64,000 bases of DNA from the NCBI GenBank assembly GCA_013239625.1, contig MU053881.1:4919957-4983956 (forward strand). The letters run 5' to 3'. The notes beneath the pieces are model-generated. The model was not told the DNA's origin and searched no databases. It saw only the letters and a list, made by a program, of their open reading frames with translations. The position numbers were made by a program, and so were the translations under genes. The DNA is from Lama guanicoe. Taxonomy: Eukaryota. Positions within the stretch are counted from its first letter, which is position 1; each line of letters starts with the position of its first letter. Positions 1 through 10,368 of the stretch are shown here, piece by piece.

Positions 1-3000
1 TAAAAAGTTCAGCAAGGATGAGAGTTGTCCAAGGTCTCTTAGTAAATGAATGCCTCTGTGTAAACCTATCATCAGAGAGACCATCTCTGCTCTCACTGCC
101 TCAAAGATCATCTCAAAAGGACTCCCAAATCTCATGTTCATCCTAAACACGTCAGTGCACCATCCCTGCCACCTGAGATCAAGGTATTCCCATGTTCATT
201 CCCTTTCCATGACCTCAGACATGACATGCCACCTCTTCACCCAAACTCTCCTATTCTGTTTACAGTACCATCACTCTCAGACATCTAGCATGTAAGACTC
301 ATCTCAGCCTTGACTCCTTTCTTCCTCTTCCCCATTTGCTTTGTTATTAAATCATGCAAGTCTCTTTATCAAAGATATGACAACTTACCTTGTATACAGC
401 ATGCATATACCTGTCTTGACTTTGACTTCCCACTTCCTCAGCCCTTGCTTGGGCCTCACCATTCTACATTTATCACTCCAATATCTGCTCTACAGACCGT
501 CCTGTCTCCAGTCTGTCCCCCTCTCCAGTTCTAGTGCCTATTATAAAGTTATTCTCCCTAATCACCACATCATATCAGCACTATGGTTCATAAGTTTTAA
601 AATACTCAAACACAAGGAAGACTATCTTTCCAATCCCATCTTCCATTACTCCTTGACAAACAAAACATCAGTATTAGTTTGATTTTACAATTTCCCCCAG
701 ACCTTTGAGGTCCTTACAGTCCCACTTCACTCCACTAAGGATCTCCAGCAGTAAGACTGGCTTTTCATGCCTTTGTTCACAAGGTTTTCCTTTTCCTCCT
801 CCCAACCCCTTGCCTCTAGTACCACAGACTGTACAATCTTTGGGAACGACCATTCTATCTCATGTCTATTTCACTACAGTGCCAAAAGCAGCACTTTGCC
901 CAGCACAGACATGCAGACAAGAGGTGACTGACAACAAATAAGAAATTCCCAAAGACCACAGGTCCTTCTGGATAAGGAGTCAGAGTCAGATGTGCGATGT
1001 TCTTTATAAAGAGGACATTACAAAGAAGTCAGTCATTCAATATATATTTATTATCTTTTACGTGCTCCAAAGTAGCTTGTAGGAGCTTGTGAATTTGAGT
1101 CTTGAAGCACTGTAGTATAGTATAATAAAAATATTTAAAATTGTACTCCTGAATTTTCTTTTAAATTTCTTGGAAGAGTGCTGTTCAAATTTCAGTCAAT
1201 TTGAAAGACCTGAAATAATTTTTGTCTAGTGAGGAGAGCATAGAGGAAAGGGTAAGATTAAAATTTGTTTAAACTAATTGAATTGAGGCACTGGACTGAT
1301 ACATGTTCCAGTATTCTCTCTTTTGCTCTCACATATTTCTAATCAAAACAAAATATTGTATGCAGGTTAAACACTGGAGTTTTAAAGAATCATTTTGTTT
1401 TCTGAGCTGATCTGCAGAAATTTACAAAATGTAAAAAGGGAACAGTACAATTAAAGGTAGGAACATAAAAACAAGACGGTGCTGCAGGTGAGAACACACT
1501 TGAGCCATCCAGCAGGATTCCAGGGAAACATTCATCACAGGACACTCTGGACACACCCTGATGACATCAGTGTTCTTGTTATCAGGGATCTGGGTACCTC
1601 CTCAAAATTTATCTTCTCCTCCCTTTTTCCTCAGATTTGGCATTTTTCAAAAGTAGCATAAATACATACTAGAGAAATTTTGAAATTTCCTTCCAATTCC
1701 TTCCTACTGTGTGAAATGGGCTACATATACACCACTGACACAGGACTCCAGAGGTACAGAGGTTATGGTGCAGGCTACAGAGAAGCTGTAAATACAGTTT
1801 GCAGTCATTTCTTTCAACATTGAGAAAGGCGGGCTGCCTCTGACTCCAATGCTCCTAAAAGGCTTGCTCTATGAGAAGCAAACTCTAGATTCAAGATAAA
1901 AGGTTCTGCTTTAAAACTGAATATTTCGCATTTCATTCCAGATTCTCACTTGCCATCTTTTACGTACAAATACTAGAACTCCCCCTTACTTTGCAGGGAT
2001 ATTGCGGTTCGCGATAATATGTAAAGAATCCAGCCCTGGCACAAAACAGACAATAAATGGTGACTATTTTTGTTTTCAGATTCCTTTCTTAGTATAAGAT
2101 GTTCCTGGGATGTGGCTGCTATTGAATGTATAAACCCGAACTCAACTCAGAGTCCTAGATTGTCTGAATTCCACACTTAATTATCACAAAAACCCAACTG
2201 CCTGGAACTAGGGTGAATGAAAAATACGCAGGCAACACAGGTCATTTAACACCCTTGCCCTGGCTTTATGAGGGTGAAACATCCATTATGCTGGTTTAAT
2301 CAGCAAAAGAATCTTCGGATTCACAAAGTAATTCAAAAACTGCAAACTAGTCACCTCTATACACAGTAAAGAATTGGCAGATAAGTTACAAGGAGAAAGG
2401 GCTTCTTTTGAGAGATTATTGCTCTTATTGTTCAAACAATTACATACAATTTATCTTTTTTCAAAATAGTTATTTACACTGGCTTCACCATAGATTCTGA
2501 GCAACTCAAGGGAGCAGATTTATACAGAATTTCTCTTTGTATTCATTAATACCTTAACACAGTTTCTAATAAATACACACACACACATTAATCTATATCA
2601 TACTTGTCTCAACAGGGCTCAGAATAAATCAAACAAAGGAGGCAGACTATCCCAACTGCTGGGAAAACATAGCTTGGAATAGAATCAGCAGCTATCAAAG
2701 AAGTACGAAGAGTAACACGAACCTGGTCCCACCCTTCCATTATACACTCATAATTCTTATATCCCTCTAATCAGAGAAATGAATAAAATTCATTTACAAT
2801 AATTCACTAGTTTTTAATTTGGGAGTTTGGACAACCAGCAAGCTATTATGCTAAGTTATAAAACACAGGAAACAAGGTCCTAATAAGTTCACTCTACCTG
2901 ATGTATTTACATTTTAAAACAGGAGACAAAAAACTGAAGATTTAAAGCAAAGGTCTCAAACTGCACTGCAGCCACAAACTGGTATCTACATATATGGGTT

Positions 3001-3041
3001 CTGTTCAGCCCACACATCAGTGTTTTTAAAAAATTAAATTT

Positions 3042-3126
3042 GGGGAGGGGGTAATAACTCAGTGGTAGAGTGCATGCTTAACATGTCCTGAGTTCAATCC
3101 CCAGTGCCTCCTTAAAAAATAAAAAA
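3042..3126 (+). mobile_element. camelid-type tRNA-derived SINE
   Basis: GGGGAGGG..TAACTCAGTGGTAGAGTGCATGCTTAACATG..TCCTGAGTTCAATCCCCAGTGCCTCC plus A-rich tail; contains A/B-box-like motifs. Confidence 0.85.
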
Positions 3127-3489
3127 TTTAAATTTAACTGCCAGCACTTAACTTGGAAATTTAATATAAAATTTCTGAATCCTGTTATCAAATGCCACTC
3201 TCCTGGGAGGAAAAAACCCAGACCTAACCACACTGGGTACGTATTCCTGGCAAGATCACCTGACCTGAAGTGAGAGTTACCCCTTGAAACTGGCCTGTGA
3301 TCTCCAGCTTGCTCCAATCTCCACCCAGTCCCATCTTACAGATGGGGAATCTGAAAGATTCTCGAAACCACAGAGCTAGCAAGAACCTTCTTTGTGACTA
3401 TAGCTAACTCTAGGACTTTTATTCCTAACCATTTTGCAACTCGACCTCCAAATTAAAGGTAGTGTTAAAATAGGTATTTAAAAGAACTG

Positions 3490-3910
3490 TACATGATTAT
3501 AGCAGCTTTATTCACAACAGCCTAAAATCTGGAAGCAACCCAAATACCCATCGACTGGTAAATGGATAGACAAATTGCAGTATGTCCACACAACAACAAG
3601 TACTCAACTGATACTTGAAATGACATGAGCAAGTCTCAAAAGCATTAGGTTAAGTAAAAGCAGTCAGACTCAAAAGACGACACATTCTATCACTGCATTT
3701 ACATGAAATTCCAGAAAAGAAAAAACTCCAGTGACAGAAAGGACATCAGTAATCGGGGCCGGCGTGAAGCGGGGCACGAATGAACTCCTGTGGTGATGGA
3801 AATGCTCCCTATCGTGACTCTAGAGGTGATTAAATGACTGCATACATTTATTAAAACTCAAAACTGGGTGAATTTTACGGAAACTATACCTCAATAAAGC
3901 TGGTTTTTAA
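3490..3910 (+). mobile_element. L1MB/L1ME-like 3' end
   Basis: TATAGCAGCTTTATTCACAACAGCC..GGAAGCAACCCAAATACCCATCGACTGGTAAATGGATAGACAAATTG ... CTATACCTCAATAAAG. Confidence 0.7.
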
Positions 3911-5871
3911 AAGAGGTGTTTAGAAAATACTGTAAAACTAGAGGGAAGAGTACTGCTACCTCTCCCTGGGGAAGTTCAGGAGAAGGTGAGACCTGCACTG
4001 GGTCTCGCCACGAGAAGTCTAAGGCGCGTAAGAAGTAGACAGCACAGGACGTGAGTAGCGGTTTTCGGCACTGCAGCCTATGAGAAGTGGCATCTCTGAA
4101 CACAAAGGGAAATGCTTCAAAAACAAGAAATTTCATATGGATTCATGGATAATTAGTACCTGGGCAGGCATCAAAAACAAGCTGGTCTTACAAGATTTCC
4201 CAAGAAGGAATCATCTCAGACACATATTGCAGATCATATGCTAAATAAGCAGTGTTTAAGAATTTGTTTCGTTTTTAAGTAAAACAAAAGGAAAAAGATA
4301 AGTCAAAAAAAAAAAAAAGAAAAAAAAAAAAAAAAAAGGAATAGAAACCCAAAGGGAGTAAAGGAGGGGATGAAATTAAGGAGATGAAACAAAGGCAAGG
4401 GACATACTGGGTCAGAATCAAAGGTACCTTGGCACCCACAGATTAGAAGAGAGAAGAAAGGTGAGTCAGACCTTGATGACAGACTAAAAGAAAAACTAAA
4501 AGCAAGAGGGAAAGACACCAACCAATCAAAGGCAGAGCTACAGAGAAAAGAGGACAGAGACCGGACAGTATAAAGCAGGCCCAGGAGGATGAGATGACGA
4601 GGGAACGCAAAGAAGTTCTTTCCTCCTAAACCTCACAAAGCAGTCGCTTCCTCTTCCAACTATGCGTCTGCCTTAGGTGAAGTCCTCACACCAACGCCAC
4701 CCCACCCACCTTGTACACCTTTTATATTTCCTTGACTTCTTTCCCTAGTCTTCAAAGGCCAGTCAAAGGTCACCTTTTCTGGGAAGCTTCTCCAACTTTT
4801 CCTGGCAGAGTTAGTAGCCCTTCTTTCATATTTTCAGAACATTATTCTAAATAATGTTGAACTACAACATCCGTCTCTTCTACTATGGGCAACTCCGGCG
4901 GAAGATTCAGTTGTAAGGATGAAAACCCTTACTAAGAAGCAGTTCAAAAAACTATAAAGCCCACCTCGTGTCACACAGCCAGGTAGATGCTTGAAGCCTT
5001 GCTGTTTAATGGGCATGGTGATCTTTCAAACAAGAGTAAATCCACCCTACCCCTAGTTTCTCCCCATACCATCAAGAACGTTTTTGGTTTTTTTTTTTTT
5101 TTCAAGAACATTCTAAGTTTTGTTTTCGTAATGTTTTACATTTCTCACTGAATGGCAAACACAAAATAGAGAAGGCCAGGAATGGTGTGTAGCAATCAAA
5201 GAAGAAACTTCCTCTACAAATAAAAGGAGCAGCTTAAACTCGCCAAGACGGAACATGATCTAGAAGAAAATAAGTGTACAAGAATTTGAAGAAAACGGAA
5301 GGACAAAAAAATCAGCCACCTCATGAGGTTTTCATGGGAAACTTGTCAAAGTCAACAATACTCAAAGATAAATAAGTGAAAACATGACTTTGTAACAAAA
5401 GATGTAAAAGTGGTTTTGGCGTTAAAAGGACAGCATGACAGGATGATCAGAGTTGCTGGGAACTAGTGGGGAGATGAGCAGTTTGGAAAGCTGTCAAGGG
5501 AGGAGAGCTTCAATATAGATTTTTGGAAGAAAGGTCATGAACTGGTGAAAGGGCACAGAAGGCTGGGCTGGCCATGGAATGGGATGGTACTGCAGTCACA
5601 AAGTACCAATGCAGCCCCTGCATCAAACTCCCTCCACGTCCAGCCCTCCCCAGCGGGGTGAATCAGACTTATTTGCAAGAATGATTTTACAGTGCTTCCC
5701 CGCAAAAGGGACTCTGCTATACAGATGAATAATTACCCCAAACCTCTAAGAAATAAGAGGTTTCACTCACATTGGCCAGAAACCCAGAGACCAAGTGTGC
5801 CAAGAGCTAATGACAAATCCAAAGGACAAAGCACAAGGTTTTTTTTTGTTGATGTTTTTTCAGTTTTCAGG

Positions 5872-5904
<33 letters not shown>

Positions 5905-5918
5905 CGCGAGTGCGTGTG
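5872..5918. repeat. (GT)n(GC)n compound microsatellite
   Basis: About 12 GT units followed directly by about 6 GC units. Confidence 0.95.
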
Positions 5919-7276
5919 CCTGGAAGGAACAGTCAACAACTCTAACTAATGGAATGCATCTGAAAAAATTAACAGAAGAATTCAAGCGATTTTTAGACAT
6001 CATCAAAATAGCCTCTCTATAAACTTTCCTACAAGAAAGAGTCAATTTTAAAATGACGACTTGTTATATGCGCAGATAGTGATTGACTACTCCATTCCAG
6101 CTAAGCCCAACCTCTCTCCTAATGGTAGACTGCCTTGTTGCCTTCCAGATACGCAGTTTTTAGCAATTCACTCATTTTAAAAAGTAGTTCAGAAGCACTA
6201 AAAGGTGTGAGGCACTGGGGATACAGAAATAAGAGGCAGACTCTGACCTCAAGTTGCTCACAGTTAAATGGGTAGAGAAATACTGCAGAGTTGGGAAGTT
6301 CTAATAAACTGAGAGAAAGAAAACTGAATCCAGATTTGAGAGGTGGTTTCAAGCAGCTATTAGCGTATTCAAGGACTTTTAGCATATTCAAAGTACAAGA
6401 GCTTGAAAATACAGTAACTGACAATTTCCCAATATCCCTCTGTGAGATGGAAACAATCATTAACACCTACCATCAACAAATTAATAAACTGAATTACTGA
6501 GTCACCAAGGCAAACACAGGTTAACCAGAACAAGAAACAAGATTATAGGCTACATGATGCTTTTCAATATATAGTCTCCTTCCTAAAGTTTCATGCTCAC
6601 AGTTGAAATCCAGTTCAAGTCAACAAGATTGGCACAAAAAAAAATTACATAAAAACAAAACAAAAAGCCACATAGGAAAAAATTACGTTTCTGCCTGTAA
6701 TATTTTTAGTTATGGCATCTCTGCTTCAGTGAGCACTTAGCACCACTTGACATTTTCCAAGGAAGAGGAGAGGTAGCAACCTATGTTTTCAGGGTCTACT
6801 TTGAAAAAGCACCCTACCCTATACAGGCAATTCTACAGAGATCTCAGGCAACAGTACAATCAATGTGGCTCCCTAATTAACTGTATGATATATATGAGTA
6901 TAAGAGCTAAGTGTGACAAAGTTCTCTTCAAACAGCTGTACCCAGTTTTGTTAGGAGTGATATGCTAAATGCACTTTTAAACCTCAACAGGGTCATACTC
7001 TTGAATATATTAAGGCTCTTTGATATATCTTAAAGCTAAAGGTTTTTCAACCAGAAAGCATCGCTAAAATAAACAGAACTTTTAAAGATCTTTTCAGGAA
7101 AACATCTCCTTGCAAGTGAAATAAAAATATAGAATACAATATTGCCATGTGCTCTTATTCTAAAAATTCTCAAGACAGGTGATATGTACATTTTGCAAGT
7201 GCTCAAATATTACATTTACATATGCCGCAATATCTTAACATCTAAGTACTTAAAACCCAGTGACTGATGTCTTGGA

Positions 7277-7480
7277 ACACGAGTTGACAAACAAACTACG
7301 GCCTTCAACTATAGCCTGTTCTTGTAAATAAAGTTTTTTTGGATCTTAATTCCAAACATACTGCCTATGGCTGTTTTCATGCCACAATTCGCAGAGCTGA
7401 ACAGTTCTGACAAACACTATACAGCCCACAAAACCTAAGTTTTTACTACTTGACCCTGTCCAGAAAGTCCGTCAACCCCT
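7277..7480 (+). mobile_element. MER58A-like hAT-Charlie DNA transposon
   Basis: GAGTTGACAAAC..CTACGGCC..TTGTAAATAAAGTTTT..CTATGGCTGTTTTCATGCCACA..GCAGAGCTGAACAGTT..GTCAACCCCT, with complementary ends. Confidence 0.7.
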
Positions 7481-10240
7481 ATCTTGGAATCATCAGAACC
7501 AACGATCCGACATATTTATGTCCAGCCTAAGAGTTTATCTACCCTGAAAGATGAATTACTGAATATGGTGAAAGACAATTCTTTGCCCAAACGGATCCAA
7601 GTGCATGGAAAGAAACCTCTGCTGATTCATTCAAACTCATGTCGTTGTCAACCTTGACTAAACTTTAAAAGCAAATGGTGAATTCAGTGATCTCAATCTT
7701 TCAAAACTGTGCTACATGAATAGAATTAACTAGCAAATTCATCATACATTCACTGTCACTTGTGTTTAGTTCCCCACCACCAGCCACCATACTAATTATG
7801 CCTTTATGCCTTACACTGGCATCCAAAAACCCACACTCATTCAACTACTAAACTAGGTAGGACATAGTATTTGTAAAAGTTTGTCTTCACCTACCATGAC
7901 AGACAGACAAGAAAATGGGATGGTAAATGGAGGCGTCAAATCTCTTCTTCTGGATGTATTTAGCCTCTTATGTGCTTAACAGTCTAAAAATTCCAAAGAT
8001 GCTTTATCAGTCACATAAAAGAATTACATCCAAATAAGTCCTGTTGGATCTATCTGCCATTCTTAGAATAAGAGAGAAAAAAAGCTAATATTTTTATTTG
8101 CCATAAAAATTATATTTAAGAACCGAACTCTACCAAATAATTAGGGATTATATTTTTATATATCATTCTTAACAGACCTGAGACAACCATATCAAATCAA
8201 TACAGAAATCGATAAATCATTTATTTACCAACTACTTTTCTCCAGTTAACAAAAAAGGAGATAAAGCAAATTCCTAAATAAATACAATTAACTCTTGAAT
8301 AGCCCCTGCATTACATACCTAAGGCATGTTCCTAACCCTAAGTCTTAACCAAAGATGCATCAACAGCCTGGTACCCTTGACAATACCAATGCCATCAGTC
8401 ACAGGTTGTAAGGTGACAATAAAATAAAACTAAACTAAGCATTTAATACGGCCGACATGATGCCAAAATAATCATGAAACAAATAAAAGTAAGATAAGTG
8501 ATTTTCTAATTACTCATACCATCTCTTCCTTCATTTTTGGTGTTTCTCTTAGCTACTTCGGATTAAAAGGAAAATGGGAGAAAATATTTTAAAGTACAAT
8601 CAGGTGACAACCAGTTTACCACAGATTACACGATTTACACAGAAGTCTTATTTTCTGCTTTTTTAAAAGAAATAAGTCAAATCTTGATCCTATTTCTCAC
8701 CTGCAGGGTATTCGCAAGACAAAGTCCTAAAGAACCTTCATACCTAAATAATTTTCTCAAGGTTCAGCTTTCTCATGAAGCTGATTTACTTGAGGTACCA
8801 ATTTATGTAAGCAGGAGGCGCAAATTACTACTAAGACTAGGGCAAGCACCAGGGGCCTGATCTTTAGAAGGTATCCTGATGAAAAAATGGAGACCCCGTC
8901 CAGCCCTTAACTTTCTCGGCTTTTCTAGTCCTGGTTTTCTCTGGGCAAAATCCAGAAAAGCAGAACTTCCTCCTCACTGCCTGCTTCTTTCGGAGGCCTG
9001 GTGCAGAAATTCAGACCGCTAGTTATCCAAGTACCTTCTTAAGGTAGTCTTAAGGCTCAAGCTCGCTCATAAACAGCAATAAAGGTTTTGCTTTCTTGAG
9101 TTAAAGGAGGGCAATTACAGGGTTTGGCGGCCGGGTTTGTCAGGAAGCGTAGGGCCGGGAAAGAGGGAGAATCCGGAGACTGAGCTCCATCTAGTCCCAA
9201 GAACCACCCCCAAGGGGCGGCTAGACTGCCCTCGGTACTTCCCTGCCTCCTCTGCTCGGGTAGGGAGAGCGGTGGGTCGGGGTCGGGCTCGCCTGAGCTA
9301 CTTCCTGGTCCGATCGGACTCGCCTTCGGACACCCGAAGCGCCCCCGGCCCGGCTCCCTTGCCCTTTGCCCTGTCTCCTCCCCTCTCAGTGACCCACCAC
9401 CACTGTTCCCCTCCCATCTAACATGGCCGCCCCACCCGGCCCACCCCCAGCACAGCCTAACCAATTGCGGGTCCTCGGCACCGCATCTCCACGCCCATTG
9501 GCACGGTAGCCTCCGTCCGCCTGCCCCATTGGATGGCACGCCCTGCCACTCGGTGCCGAGGGCTCCGCCCCCATGCCGCTTCAAGCTGCTTTGAGAAGAC
9601 ATATAAACAAATCCCGGGAGGGAGGCCCGTCTCGCCTGTCTATGGGGCGGAGACGGGAAAGGGGAGCGGCCACCCCCGAGACACCCCTGCCTGGACCCCC
9701 CCACCCCAAGCCCGCGCCTCCCTGTCTCCTGCCAGCCTGGTTCCAACCTTCGTGGCCCCAGCCCTTCCTCACACGCCCCTCTCTCTCCTCCTCCCCCGCC
9801 AGCCTCGCCTCCCCTCCCTTCCCCGGCCCCTCCCACCCGCTCGCTTCTCTGACAGGCCGGTTGCCGGCAGCCACGGCCCCGGGCTCGAAGACAGCCGTGA
9901 AGGGCCGGGCAGCCTGGCAGGGAGGACGCCAGGCACTGCCTATCCCTGGCCTAGCCTGCCGCCAGCCCGTGGGTCCCTCTATTGCCGCCCCGCGCTTTTA
10001 TATAATCGTCCCGGGCCGGGGGTGGGGGAGGGGAGCCGGAGCCCCCGTGACCGGCAGGCGGCAGCCTGCTGCCCGCGCGCCCCCAGACTCGGCCCTGGTC
10101 CCGGCCCCCGCCCCGCGCCGGCCCGGCCCAGAGCCCCGGCGCTGCCGCCTCCTAGGCCAGCGGCCCTCCTCCGCCCCCCGCCCGGCTAGTCTCCTAGCCC
10201 AAGCCCCTGCAGGCTCTGGGCGACAGGCAGCGGAGCTCAC

Positions 10241-10368
10241 CTGTGGGTGTGGGGGCGGCTCAGGGGCTGGGTCCGGTTCCGCTGCAGGGGCCGCGGCCCC
10301 TCTCCATGCTGCCTCGGGTTTGTTTTGTTTATGTCCTTCCTGACGGGTTCCCGGAAATCGCGTGACTC
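10241..10368 (-). other. CREBRF: CREBRF exon 1 (5' UTR; TSS approximate)
   Basis: Donor GTGAGC on the minus strand at 10240-10235. The exon lies inside a CpG island with CCAAT, GC and E-boxes just upstream. Confidence 0.85.
10260..10307 (-). CDS. candidate upstream ORF (15 aa, MERGRGPCSGTGPSP*) in CREBRF exon 1
   Basis: gcAgcATGG has A at -3 and G at +4. ATG at 10307-10305 and TGA at 10262-10260, both inside exon 1. Translation is not demonstrated. Confidence 0.5.
   Translation of the reverse strand: MERGRGPCSGTGPSP

Larger units (their letters stand above)
1..10368 (-). other. CREBRF: CREBRF gene, 5' part (non-coding exon 1 plus part of intron 1; coding exons lie beyond the left edge of the window)
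   Basis: Minus strand 10368-10241 reads GAGTCACGCGATTTCCGGGAACCCGTCAGGAAGGACATAAACAAAACAAACCCGAGGCAGCATGG...CACCCACAG, which matches my recollection of the human CREBRF 5' UTR. It is followed by a CAG|GTGAGC donor. Its position downstream of ATP6V0E1 on the same strand fits known synteny. Confidence 0.85.

Noticed and set aside
3042..3126. tRNA-like A/B-box sequences here and at 19785, 43229, 46785, 54203 and 56427
   Set aside because: Dispersed, diverged copies with A-rich tails and TSDs and no intact cloverleaf: SINEs, not tRNA genes.
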